Below, in pieces: positions 19,917-29,102 of a DNA stretch of 64,000 nt (within the stretch, counting starts at the first letter, position 1; each line of letters starts with the position of its first letter). The position numbers and the translations under genes were made by a program. Source of the stretch: Minisyncoccota bacterium. GTDB lineage: Bacteria > Patescibacteriota > Minisyncoccia > Phycocordibacterales > XYD1-FULL-46-19. The stretch spans positions 13,142 to 77,141 of the forward strand of contig JBAYKU010000002.1 in NCBI GenBank assembly GCA_041664425.1, given 5' to 3'. The notes under the pieces are model-generated. The model did not search any database. It was not told where the DNA came from and saw only the letters and a list, made by a program, of their open reading frames with translations.

Positions 19917-21212
19917 ATGAATAACGAAGAAAGACTAGAAATAGAAGGTCTGGCTGGCCAGCGTGTCTTGTCGGGCACAATCCATGTTGGTGGAGCCAAG
20001 AATGCCATTCTTAAAGCCCTGGCTTCGACTATCTTGTTTGCCGACGAGGTGAACCTAACAAATGTACCAGACATTGAAGATGTCCGTCAGACAGTGAAAT
20101 TGTTAGCCGATTTAGGGGGGCAAGTTTCGGCGCCTGAGAAGCACTCATATTTGATTGACACTCAATCTTTGGATAAGACTGTTATTGCACCAGAAATTTC
20201 TAAAAAATTACGAGCCTCGATTGTGCTCACTGGTCCACTTCTGGCTCGTTTTGGTCGGGTCAGTTTTCCTCATCCTGGAGGTTGTGTGATCGGTAAGAGG
20301 CCGATTGATCTTTTTTTGGAAGGTTTCAAAGCGATGGGTGCTAAAGTGGAATTGAAAAATGAATTATATGAGATCGCTAGTACTGGTAGTAAGTTGCATG
20401 GTGCCAATATCTTCTTTAAAAATATTAGTGTTACTGCCACTGAGACTTTTTTGATGGCAGCGATTCTCGCTGAAGGTAAGACTGTGTTAAAAAACTGTGC
20501 TCTAGAACCAGAAATTGTTAGCTTGGGTGAATTTTTGAAAAAATGTGGGGCGCAGATTTCTGGTTTAGGTACTCCCACTATTGAAATAGTCGGCGGTGAT
20601 TTATTGCTCAGTCAAGGTCAGATTTATCAAACTGTGCCTGATCGGATTGAAGCTGGCAGTTTCTTGGTTTTGGCGGGGCTTTTGGCTAAAGATATGACGA
20701 TTGCTGATTGCCGACCAGATCATCTCGATGCGGTAATAGAATTTTTGCATCACAGTGGAGTCAAAATGGAAATCGGCGAGAATTATATTCGAGTGCGAGA
20801 TAACGATTCTGGTAATTTTGTCGCTAATGATTTAAAAACCCACGAGTACCCAGGTTTCCCGACTGACTTACAAGCCCCCATGACGGTCTTTCTGACTCAG
20901 GCTAAAGGTCAAAGTTTTGTTTTTGAAACTATTTTTGAAGGTCGTCTCAATCATCTCGAATCACTCGAGCGGATGGGGGCTAAAGTTAAAATTCTCGATT
21001 CGCATCGCGCGATTATTGATGGTCCGAGTGATTTGTCTGGCCGAGAATTAATCAGTCCCGACTTGCGAGCAGGTTTGGCTTATATTATTTCTGGCTTAGT
21101 CGCCAAGGGTCAGACCAATGTTCACAATGTTGGTTATATTGATCGGGGCTATGAAGATATCGAAGGCCGACTGAATGCCCTAGGAGCGAATATAAAAAGA
21201 ATCAGAATTTAA
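19917..21212 (+). CDS. murA: UDP-N-acetylglucosamine 1-carboxyvinyltransferase
   Basis: EPSP-synthase-fold MurA sequence including the catalytic Cys loop (PHPGGCVIGKRPIDLF). Confidence 0.9.
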   Translation: MNNEERLEIEGLAGQRVLSGTIHVGGAKNAILKALASTILFADEVNLTNVPDIEDVRQTVKLLADLGGQVSAPEKHSYLIDTQSLDKTVIAPEISKKLRASIVLTGPLLARFGRVSFPHPGGCVIGKRPIDLFLEGFKAMGAKVELKNELYEIASTGSKLHGANIFFKNISVTATETFLMAAILAEGKTVLKNCALEPEIVSLGEFLKKCGAQISGLGTPTIEIVGGDLLLSQGQIYQTVPDRIEAGSFLVLAGLLAKDMTIADCRPDHLDAVIEFLHHSGVKMEIGENYIRVRDNDSGNFVANDLKTHEYPGFPTDLQAPMTVFLTQAKGQSFVFETIFEGRLNHLESLERMGAKVKILDSHRAIIDGPSDLSGRELISPDLRAGLAYIISGLVAKGQTNVHNVGYIDRGYEDIEGRLNALGANIKRIRI

Positions 21213-21244
21213 CCAAATTCTTAATTGATTGCAAAACTTGTCGA

Positions 21245-21541
21245 AGGCACACCTTTTTAAGGGGGCAAGTTCACCCTGTAGAGTAAATTTGCTTTGCAAA
21301 TTTAGCTTTGCTACTCGACAGGGTGAACCCTATGGAATAGCAAAGCGAAATTTGTCAAAAACTTTCAATTATGAGGAAAGTCTTTTCAAGGGGGTCGTGA
21401 GTGTGACGACACGAACGTTTCAGCTTTTCTTAAGCTTCAAGAAAAGCGTACCCTTAAAAAGAGCTTGCCGAGTAAAGAGTTTTTGAACAAATTTATTCTA
21501 TAGGGCAGGAAAAAATACCCGTACCCTTAAAAAGGTGTGCC
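21245..21541 (+). ncRNA. Candidate structured non-coding RNA, either a possible reduced RNase P RNA or a cis-regulatory leader of mreB
   Basis: 18-bp perfect terminal helix (21246-21263 pairs with 21524-21541). Nested hairpins at 21266-21337. Decamer GAGGAAAGUC at 21373-21382 is identical to the RNase P P4 motif; AUAGGGCAGGAAAAAA at 21500-21515. No credible ORF. Confidence 0.35.
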
Positions 21542-21612
21542 GAGTAAAAAGTTTTGTAATCAATTTTAGAGCTTGGACAAAATCAAGATTTGCTTTAGTA
21601 TGAGCGGTATCT

Positions 21613-22626
21613 ATGTCATTCTTTATCCGAAAATTGGGGATCGATCTGGGAACGGCCAATACCCTAGTTTATGTGCCTGGTAAGGGGATAGTTCTCAACG
21701 AACCATCGGTAGTGGCGGTTAATCTAGCTGATAATAGGGTGGTAGCGGTGGGGATGGAAGCCAAGGATATGGTGGGTAAGACTCCTGACACTATTATGGC
21801 TTATAAGCCCATGAAAGATGGGGTAATTGCTGACTATCGGATTACGGAGGCCATGTTGCGTTACTATATTGGTAAAGCTTTGGGAAAATTTAATATTATT
21901 AAGCCAGATATTATGGTGTCCGTGCCTGCCGGCATCACTTCGACTGAGCGACGGGCGGTGATCGAAGCGACCATGCGGGCTGGTGCTAAAAATGCCTATG
22001 TGGTCAAAGAGCCAATCTTGGCGGCCATTGGTGCTGGCATCCCAATTTATGAAGCCAAGGGGCATATGGTAGTAGATATTGGTGGAGGTACGACTGATGT
22101 GGCGGTTATTTCTCTCGGTGGTATTGTGGCTTCGACTTCGGTCAAACATGCTGGTAACAAAATTGATCAAGCGATTACTGATTATATAAAGAAAACTTTT
22201 AATTTAGCTATCGGTGATAAGACTGCTGAGGATGTAAAGATGTCTATCGGTTCAGCTGTGCCGGTCGAAGATGAATTAACCTATGTGATTAAAGGGAGAG
22301 ATTTTTTGACTGGCCTACCTCGTTCGGTAGAGGTCAAAACTAATGAGATTGTCCAAGCGATTGATGTGGAACTACGGGAAATGGTCAAAGCTATCAAGGC
22401 TGTTTTCCAAGACACACCCCCAGAGTTATCGGCTGATATTATTGAACGAGGAATTATTATGACGGGTGGTTCATCAATGTTGCGTAATTTACCGGAATTG
22501 GTTTATCGCCGGACTGGGGTGCGAGCTTATTTGGCTGAGGAGGCTTTGTATTGTGTTGCCAAAGGGACCGGTATCGCTCTCAACCACCTAGACACCTATA
22601 AGAAAAGTATTATCGCCAAACGCTAA
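21613..22626 (+). CDS. mreB: Rod-shape-determining protein MreB (paralogue 1)
   Basis: Actin-like ATPase motifs (GIDLGTANT, VVDIGGGTTD). Confidence 0.9.
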   Translation: MSFFIRKLGIDLGTANTLVYVPGKGIVLNEPSVVAVNLADNRVVAVGMEAKDMVGKTPDTIMAYKPMKDGVIADYRITEAMLRYYIGKALGKFNIIKPDIMVSVPAGITSTERRAVIEATMRAGAKNAYVVKEPILAAIGAGIPIYEAKGHMVVDIGGGTTDVAVISLGGIVASTSVKHAGNKIDQAITDYIKKTFNLAIGDKTAEDVKMSIGSAVPVEDELTYVIKGRDFLTGLPRSVEVKTNEIVQAIDVELREMVKAIKAVFQDTPPELSADIIERGIIMTGGSSMLRNLPELVYRRTGVRAYLAEEALYCVAKGTGIALNHLDTYKKSIIAKR

Positions 22627-22633
22627 AGAGCGT

Positions 22634-22735
22634 GGATTGATGTAGATTCACCTGCCTAAATTCTTGTCCACCTAAGTTTTATGAAATAAAATTTTGGTGG
22701 ATAAACGAAGCAAAAATTAGGTGGGTAAACGCAAA
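22634..22735 (+). repeat. Intergenic repeat element, copy A (GGATTGATG...AGGTGGGTAAAC)
   Basis: Shares its first ~19 nt (GATTGATGYRGATTCACC) and a TTAGGTGGGTAAA core with copy B at 39630-39690. Contains inverted GGTGG/CCACC units capable of hairpin formation. Confidence 0.6.
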
Positions 22736-22738
22736 TTT

Positions 22739-23467
22739 ATGCAGATAGATCTAGAATTAAAAAATCATCAAACCCTTGGAAAACTCCACCACGCTTACTT
22801 GCTGGTTGGTGGTTCTTCGCAAATTCTGCCGGCTCTAGATAATTTTTTAAGTTCAATTTTCCCCGAGTCACTCGATTTAAAATCCAATCCTGATATTTTG
22901 TGGTTTACCAAAGATCGCTTGGCTAAAGATGACGCCCGTTTTTTGCGTAGTTTTCAGACGGGTAAAGATTTTGCGGGTCGAGGTCGCTACTTAGTAGTGT
23001 CTTTCTCGGCGATGGATAATGAACCCCAAGAAGTGTTGTTGAAAACTTTAGAGGAGCCGGCGACTGATAGTCATTTTTTTCTGGTAGTCCCGTCGGCTGA
23101 TTTTTTCCGTCCAACCATTTTGTCTCGTGTCTACCGTTTAGATGCGACAGCTGAAATAAGCGAAGAAGATAATGGCGATTTAGAAAAATTCTTAGGTTTG
23201 GATCCGGCTGAGCGGGGAGATTATTTACTAAAAACCTTTTTGAGTGATGGCCAGATTAAAGATCGCGCCGGCTTACTTGATTGGATCAATCGATTGGAAG
23301 TTTTTATTAGAGAGCGAGTTGATCTTAAGCTGATTTCCGATAACATGGCTTTGGTTTTTAAAGAAATATTTTTAGCTAAAAAACTGCTCAATGGCCCGCG
23401 AGCCTCGGCTAAAATGATTTTGGAACATTTGGCCCTGGTCACACCAGTGATGAGAAAAACTAAATAA
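22739..23467 (+). CDS. holB: DNA polymerase III subunit delta' (HolB-like)
   Basis: Degenerate P-loop HHAYLLVGG typical of delta'. ATG at 22739 is preferred over the track's GTG at 22721, which lies inside the repeat element. Confidence 0.65.
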   Translation: MQIDLELKNHQTLGKLHHAYLLVGGSSQILPALDNFLSSIFPESLDLKSNPDILWFTKDRLAKDDARFLRSFQTGKDFAGRGRYLVVSFSAMDNEPQEVLLKTLEEPATDSHFFLVVPSADFFRPTILSRVYRLDATAEISEEDNGDLEKFLGLDPAERGDYLLKTFLSDGQIKDRAGLLDWINRLEVFIRERVDLKLISDNMALVFKEIFLAKKLLNGPRASAKMILEHLALVTPVMRKTK

Positions 23468-23566
23468 TTTTTAGCTTAAGAGCTTGGATTTTAAAGGTTT
23501 TTGTACTAAAATTCAGCCAGTAGATTTAACTTACTACTTTATTACTTAATACTTACTACTTATTTT

Positions 23567-24118
23567 ATGGCCTATAACTTTTCCGAATTTAAAACTCATT
23601 TAGCTGAAATCGAAGTCTGGCTCTCTGGCGAATATGGCGGTATCCGCACCGGCAAGGCTTCACCAGCCCTCCTCGACTCAGTCATGGTTGATTCCTATGG
23701 TAGTAAACTGCCGATTAAACACGTGGCCGCTATTAGCACCGAAGATGCCCTAACCCTGCGTATTACCCCCTGGGACAAGTCTCAGGTGAAGGGGATAGAG
23801 ACAGCTATCGCTGCGGCCAATATTGGCGTCTCGACTGCCCCAGACTCGGAAGGTATTCGAGTCATTTTCCCCACTTTGACTGAGGAACGACGTAAAATGC
23901 TGATCAAGCTAACCAATGAAAAACTAGAAGAAGCTCGTATTTCCATGCGCAAGGAACGAGAAAAAACCTGGAACGAAGTTCAGGAGATGGAGCGTAGCGG
24001 TGGTATTGGTGAAGATGTAAAGTTCCGTTTGAAAGAAGAATTGCAGAAAATTGTTGACGAAGGCAATCTCAAATTTGACGGCCTAGCATCTAAAAAGCGG
24101 GAGGAGATAGAAGGGTAA
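23567..24118 (+). CDS. frr: Ribosome recycling factor
   Basis: Full-length RRF homology across the 183-aa translation. Confidence 0.9.
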   Translation: MAYNFSEFKTHLAEIEVWLSGEYGGIRTGKASPALLDSVMVDSYGSKLPIKHVAAISTEDALTLRITPWDKSQVKGIETAIAAANIGVSTAPDSEGIRVIFPTLTEERRKMLIKLTNEKLEEARISMRKEREKTWNEVQEMERSGGIGEDVKFRLKEELQKIVDEGNLKFDGLASKKREEIEG

Positions 24119-24138
24119 AATAAGTAGTAAGTAAAAAA

Positions 24139-24513
24139 ATGATAAGCAACCAAGAAAAAAATGAAAAAGAAGCGACAGAGGCCGTTTCTTTTTTAGGACA
24201 AATAGTGAAGGTCCAAATCGATAGAGCCAAGGGGACCAAACATCCCAAGCATGGTTTTAGTTATGATGCCAATTATGGTTTCGTTCCCAATACTATTTCT
24301 CCGGATGGTGAAGAACTAGACGCCTATGTTTTAGGAATAGAAGAACCAGTGAGTGATTTTGAAGGTAAATGCGTCGCTGTTATCCACAGGACTAATGATG
24401 AAGATGATAAATTAGTAGTCATTCCTAAAGAAATGAATAGTATTTCTGACGATGAAATCCGTCGGCAAACAAATTTTCAAGAACAGTTTTTTGAATCAAT
24501 TATTATTAGGTAG
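24139..24513 (+). CDS. Short inorganic-pyrophosphatase-like protein (family I PPase core, N-terminally truncated)
   Basis: YDANYGFVPNT and PDGEELDAYVL match the family I PPase blocks YPANYGFIPQT and DGDPLDVLV. The protein is only 124 aa and lacks the N-terminal E.PKGS region. Confidence 0.5.
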   Translation: MISNQEKNEKEATEAVSFLGQIVKVQIDRAKGTKHPKHGFSYDANYGFVPNTISPDGEELDAYVLGIEEPVSDFEGKCVAVIHRTNDEDDKLVVIPKEMNSISDDEIRRQTNFQEQFFESIIIR

Positions 24514-24544
24514 TTTTTAGATTGTATTTTTAATTTTAAATAAA

Positions 24545-25651
24545 TTGCTTACTTTAATTATCTTTCTGTTTGTTCTCGGGTTGCTGATTATGGTCCATGA
24601 GTTGGGACATTTTTTAGCGGCTAAAAAGGCGGGGGTTCGCGTGGACGAATTTGGCTTTGGCTTCCCGCCTAAATTGTGGTCCAAGAAAATCGGGGAGACG
24701 ACCTACTCGCTCAATTGGATTCCCTTTGGTGGTTTCGTTAAAATTCTCGGCGAGAATCCTGATGAACCATTACCTGAAGAAGATAAAAAGAGAGCCCTGA
24801 CTGCCAAGCCAAAAATCCTCCAAGCCTGGGTTTTATTTGCTGGTGTTTTTTGTAACTTCCTTTTGGCGTGGCTTCTGCTCTCGTTGGGACTTTTGGTGGG
24901 GCTACCAGTCGAAAGTTCTTCGGCTCAGCAATTTTTTGGCCGAGTCAATGAAAATCATCTAGTTGTCACTTCTGTTTTGAAAAATTATCCCGCTGGTCAG
25001 TCTGGCATTATGGCTGGTGACGAGATTATGGGTATTTCGGCTGGTGAAAAAACTATCAAGCCCTTAACCGCCGAAGAAGCGACCACTTTCATTCGTGGCC
25101 AAGCTGGGCATGATGTTTCTTTTAATATCAAACGCAAATTAGTCGGGGGAGTAGAAGAAAGGAAAATTTCGGTTTTACCAAAAATTGAAGATAAAAAAGC
25201 GGTGGTGGGAGTGACGATGGAAAGCGTCGGCCTAGTGCGATCAGTTTGGTATCAGGCCCCATGGGACGGTTTAAAACTGTCTGCTTACCTGACTATTGAA
25301 ACTGCCAAAGGTTTAGGCCACTTCTTTGGACAAATCTTTACCTCTGGTGGCTCGGCTTTTGGTTCGGTCGCTGGTCCAGTCGGGCTCTTTGGGATTATCG
25401 GTGACGCTTCCAAGCTCGGGATTGTTTATCTCATGTCTTTTGTGGCCCTGTTGTCAATCAACTTGGCGATTATCAATCTCGTGCCTTTTCCCGCTCTTGA
25501 TGGAGGACGATTGTTGTTTATCGCTATCGAAGCCATCATCCGCCGTCCGCTCAATCCCAAATTTGCCGGCTGGGCCAATGCTATTGGTTTCTTTCTCTTA
25601 ATCGGACTGATGGTAGTGATCTCCTATTTCGACGTGGCGAGGTTGTTGTAG
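24545..25651 (+). CDS. rseP: RIP zinc metalloprotease RseP (site-2 protease) with PDZ domain
   Basis: HELGHF zinc motif in the first TM helix, central PDZ-like domain, C-terminal LDGG motif. Confidence 0.8.
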   Translation: MLTLIIFLFVLGLLIMVHELGHFLAAKKAGVRVDEFGFGFPPKLWSKKIGETTYSLNWIPFGGFVKILGENPDEPLPEEDKKRALTAKPKILQAWVLFAGVFCNFLLAWLLLSLGLLVGLPVESSSAQQFFGRVNENHLVVTSVLKNYPAGQSGIMAGDEIMGISAGEKTIKPLTAEEATTFIRGQAGHDVSFNIKRKLVGGVEERKISVLPKIEDKKAVVGVTMESVGLVRSVWYQAPWDGLKLSAYLTIETAKGLGHFFGQIFTSGGSAFGSVAGPVGLFGIIGDASKLGIVYLMSFVALLSINLAIINLVPFPALDGGRLLFIAIEAIIRRPLNPKFAGWANAIGFFLLIGLMVVISYFDVARLL

Positions 25652-25677
25652 CTATTGAACCCCTATTGAATCTGCAG

Positions 25678-25712
25678 GCTAGGCGCCTAAAAACGCCTAG
25701 CCTTTTGCTTTG
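25678..25712 (+). terminator. Rho-independent terminator after rseP
   Basis: ggctaggcg/cgcctagcc stem followed by TTTTG-CTTTG. Confidence 0.55.
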
Positions 25713-25747
25713 ACCCATTGGCGCTTTTGCGTTAAGATAAGCCCAAC

Positions 25748-26998
25748 ATGCTTCAATCTAAACTCTTTACCAAAACACGTCGTGAGGACCCCAAAGATGA
25801 GGTCGCTAAAAATGCTCGCTTACTAATCCGAGCGGGTTTTATTCATAAGGAGGCCGCTGGAATTTATTCGCTTTTACCGCTCGGTTTAAGGACGATCAAT
25901 AAAATCAATCAGATTGTGCGCGAGGAAATGAACGCCCTCGGTGCCAATGAACTGCAAATGACCGCTTTGCAAAATCCGGAGATTTGGCAAAAGACTGATC
26001 GTTGGTCGGGAGACAAAATGGATGTATGGTTTAAGACCGCCCTAAACGGTGGTGGCGAGCTGGGTCTCGGTTTTACCCACGAAGAAGCGATCACGACCAT
26101 TGCCAGTGATCATGTTAATTCCTACAAAGACTTACCTTTCTCGGCTTATCAAATTCAAACCAAGTTTAGAAACGAAGCACGGGCCAAAAGCGGTATTATG
26201 CGCGGACGGGAATTTTTAATGAAGGATCTATACTCTTTTCATACCAGCGAAGCTGATTTGGAAGTTTTTTACGAGAAAGCTACTCAGGCCTACAAAAATA
26301 TTTTTACTCGTCTGGGGATTGGTGATAAAACTTTTCTAACTTTTGCCACGGGTGGGTCTTTTTCAGAATTTAGTCACGAATTCCAAACTATTTGTGAAGT
26401 CGGTGAAGATACTATCTATGTTGATCGAGCCAAAGGCATCGCAGTCAACCAGGAAGTCTATAACGACGAGGTTTTGGCCAAACTCGACTTAGAGAAGAGC
26501 AAATTAGAAGAAGCTAAAGCGGTAGAAATCGGCAATATTTTCAAACTCGGTACCCGTTTTTCCGAACCTCTCGGTCTGACTTATTTGGATGAAAAAGGGG
26601 AGCGCCAGCCGGTGGTGATGGGTTGTTATGGTTTTGGCCCCAGCCGAGCCATGGGTTTACTGACGGAAGTTTTAGCTGATGATCAGGGTCTGGTCTGGCC
26701 ACTGTCAGTAGCGCCTTTTGCCCTACATCTGATTTCTTTAAATGAAAATGAAAAAGCGCTCGAGCTCTATAAAACTCTAACAGCTAAAGGTATCGAAGTT
26801 CTACTCGACGACCGTGAGGCTTCCGCTGGCGCTAAATTTGCCGATGCAGATTTACTGGGCATGCCCTATCGAGTGATCGTCAGCGCCAAGGGTCTAGCGG
26901 AAAACCAATATGAAATCAAAAATCGGGCGACCGGTGAGGTAAAAATGATGCCGACGTCAGAATTTGTGGCTTGGGTAGATGAAATCCTGCGACCATGA
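25748..26998 (+). CDS. proS: Prolyl-tRNA synthetase (short form lacking the INS editing domain)
   Basis: Class II aaRS motifs plus an anticodon-binding domain; 416 aa. Confidence 0.9.
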   Translation: MLQSKLFTKTRREDPKDEVAKNARLLIRAGFIHKEAAGIYSLLPLGLRTINKINQIVREEMNALGANELQMTALQNPEIWQKTDRWSGDKMDVWFKTALNGGGELGLGFTHEEAITTIASDHVNSYKDLPFSAYQIQTKFRNEARAKSGIMRGREFLMKDLYSFHTSEADLEVFYEKATQAYKNIFTRLGIGDKTFLTFATGGSFSEFSHEFQTICEVGEDTIYVDRAKGIAVNQEVYNDEVLAKLDLEKSKLEEAKAVEIGNIFKLGTRFSEPLGLTYLDEKGERQPVVMGCYGFGPSRAMGLLTEVLADDQGLVWPLSVAPFALHLISLNENEKALELYKTLTAKGIEVLLDDREASAGAKFADADLLGMPYRVIVSAKGLAENQYEIKNRATGEVKMMPTSEFVAWVDEILRP

Positions 26999-28047
26999 TG
27001 GAAAAACTGTACAAAATGTTTTCCAACGATATCGGGATTGATCTCGGTACCGCGACGACGCTCGTTTATGTCAAGGGGCAGGGAATAGTCGCTGTCGAGC
27101 CTTCAATCGTGGCGGTCAATCAAAAAACTGGTCGCGTGGTAGCAGTAGGCAACGATGCTAGTCAAATGATTGGTCGCACTCCCGCTCACATTACCGCGGT
27201 CCGACCCCTGATCAATGGCGTGGTCTCAAACTTTGAAGTAGCCGAAGAAATGCTCGCTTATTTTATTCGTCGAGCGCTAGAACGTTCCAAAAATAAATTT
27301 TTTCGACCACGATTGGTGATTGGAGTGCCTTCTGATATTACTAATGTCGAGCGTCGGGCGGTGCGTGATGCGGCTAAAAATGCCGGTGCGCGCGAGGTGC
27401 ATATTATCGAAGAGCCGATGGCCGCTTCGCTCGGTATCCGTTTGCCGGTTTATGATCCGGTGGGTAGCATGATTATTGATATTGGTGGCGGAACGACCGA
27501 TATCGCCGTTATTTCTCTCGGTGGTATCGTAAAATCAAAAAATCTTCATATCGCTGGAGAGAAACTCAATCAGGATATTATTTCCTATGTTCGTGATGAA
27601 TTTAAAATTTTATTGGGTGAAAAGACCGCTGAGGATGTAAAGATTTCCATTGGTTCTGTTTATAAACTATTAGAACCAATGGAAGCGACGATTCGCGGTC
27701 GTGATTTAGTGACTGGTCTGCCACGTGAAGTGATTATTACCGATAGTGATATCCGGGAAGCAATTTCTCCCTCCATTGATATTTTTATTGATGCGGTCAA
27801 GGAGGTGCTCGAATCTACCCCGCCAGAAGTCATCTCCGATATTATGGTGCGAGGAGTGGTGATCGTCGGTGGCGGTGCTCGTATTCATGGGATGAAGGAA
27901 TTATTAGAGAAAGAGCTGGAAGTGCCTATTCATATGGTAGAGGACCCTATAACGGCAGTCGTCCGAGGGACAGGAGTTATCCTCGAGGATATTGAGCGTT
28001 ATCGTGATATTCTAATTGACAACGAAGATGAATTACCGCCGCGCTGA
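26995..28047 (+). CDS. mreB: Rod-shape-determining protein MreB (paralogue 2, in an mreBCD-mrdA operon)
   Basis: GIDLGTATT and IIDIGGGTTD; start overlaps the proS stop (ATGA). Confidence 0.9.
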   Translation: MMEKLYKMFSNDIGIDLGTATTLVYVKGQGIVAVEPSIVAVNQKTGRVVAVGNDASQMIGRTPAHITAVRPLINGVVSNFEVAEEMLAYFIRRALERSKNKFFRPRLVIGVPSDITNVERRAVRDAAKNAGAREVHIIEEPMAASLGIRLPVYDPVGSMIIDIGGGTTDIAVISLGGIVKSKNLHIAGEKLNQDIISYVRDEFKILLGEKTAEDVKISIGSVYKLLEPMEATIRGRDLVTGLPREVIITDSDIREAISPSIDIFIDAVKEVLESTPPEVISDIMVRGVVIVGGGARIHGMKELLEKELEVPIHMVEDPITAVVRGTGVILEDIERYRDILIDNEDELPPR

Positions 28048-28837
28048 CAATCGCCAATCGCCTCGTCATTTTGGCTGGAGTTTTTTGATTCTGGCCGTGG
28101 TTTTGTTGATGCTTTATTTTTTGGGTCCAATGTTGAACAAATGGCTTTTTCCACCCCTCCAGACTGTTAGTCAGCCTATTTTATCTATGGCCGGAGCCAC
28201 TGGCCAAGCGGCTGATGGAATCGGGCAATTTTTCCGTTTTAAAAAGAATTTGATTGCTGATAACAAAAAATTAACCGAAGAAAACACTCGTTTAAAAAAT
28301 CTTTGGTTGGCCAACCGTAAAGTAGAACAAGAAAATGTTGAGTTAAAAAAATTGGTTGGTTTGAATAAGGCCCAACGGGCTCCGCTTCTGGTAGAAGTTT
28401 TAGTTAAACCGATTACCACTCCTCACGATATTCTTTTAATTGATCTGGGTCTGGAAGGGGCAGAAAAAATTAAAGTGGGCGACAAAGTGGGGTCTGGTGG
28501 TGGTTCTATTTTATTGGGTGAAGTCGCTGAGCTCTTTGGTCAAACCGCCAAGGTTAAAATGTATTCTACTTTTGGTTCGCAGATTGCTGTCTCGGTTGGT
28601 CCCCACCATATTCCGGGGATTGCTGTCGGACAGGGTAGTGGTAATTTTTCCCTGTCGCTTCCTCGAGGAACCGAAGTGGTGGTTGGTGATCCAGTGACCG
28701 CTAGTACTTATCATGATTTTTTACTTGGCAGTGTCGGGGCCGCTCAGTCGGCTTATTCCAATCCCTATCTCAAAGTAATGTTTCGTCTGCCAGTAAATAT
28801 CTATGAGTTAAAATGGGTAGAGGTTTATGGCCAATAA
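28016..28837 (+). CDS. mreC: Rod-shape-determining protein MreC
   Basis: N-terminal TM, coiled-coil, C-terminal beta domain; positioned between mreB and mreD. Confidence 0.7.
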   Translation: MTTKMNYRRADNRQSPRHFGWSFLILAVVLLMLYFLGPMLNKWLFPPLQTVSQPILSMAGATGQAADGIGQFFRFKKNLIADNKKLTEENTRLKNLWLANRKVEQENVELKKLVGLNKAQRAPLLVEVLVKPITTPHDILLIDLGLEGAEKIKVGDKVGSGGGSILLGEVAELFGQTAKVKMYSTFGSQIAVSVGPHHIPGIAVGQGSGNFSLSLPRGTEVVVGDPVTASTYHDFLLGSVGAAQSAYSNPYLKVMFRLPVNIYELKWVEVYGQ

Positions 28838-29102
28838 AATATATTTACGCTGGGTCATCCTAGTTATCTTATGGTTTGTTCTCTTATATTGCCCGTGGTG
28901 GCTGTGGCTGATTTTAGTCCTGGGTTTAACTTTTAAATTTTCTTATTATTTGGAGTTACTTTTGCCCGCTCTATGGTATGACGTGGTCTTTGGCTTAGCC
29001 TCGGCTGATCGCTTTGGCACCCAGTTTGTCATGACCTTTGCCGTCTTGATCATTATTTGGTCTGTCGAACAAATAAAGAAGCTTCTAATTTTTTATCAAT
29101 AA
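28827..29102 (+). CDS. mreD: MreD-like small polytopic membrane protein
   Basis: 91-aa hydrophobic protein between mreC and the PBP2 gene. Confidence 0.5.
   Translation: MANKIYLRWVILVILWFVLLYCPWWLWLILVLGLTFKFSYYLELLLPALWYDVVFGLASADRFGTQFVMTFAVLIIIWSVEQIKKLLIFYQ

Noticed and set aside
21229-21486. 85-aa ORF in the murA-mreB intergenic region
   Set aside because: It is TTG-initiated with no RBS and overlaps the densely paired structured region. I interpret the region as non-coding RNA or regulatory instead.
21245-21541. Calling the structured region a definite rnpB (RNase P RNA)
   Set aside because: Only two short conserved motifs match, their order and spacing differ from type A/B RNase P RNAs, and the length is ~300 nt. 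It is reported only as a candidate and requires a covariance-model search.
22721-22738. GTG-initiated N-terminal extension of holB (MGKRKF)
   Set aside because: The extension is the translation of the shared intergenic repeat element (TTAGGTGGGTAAACG). The ATG at 22739 is the more plausible start.
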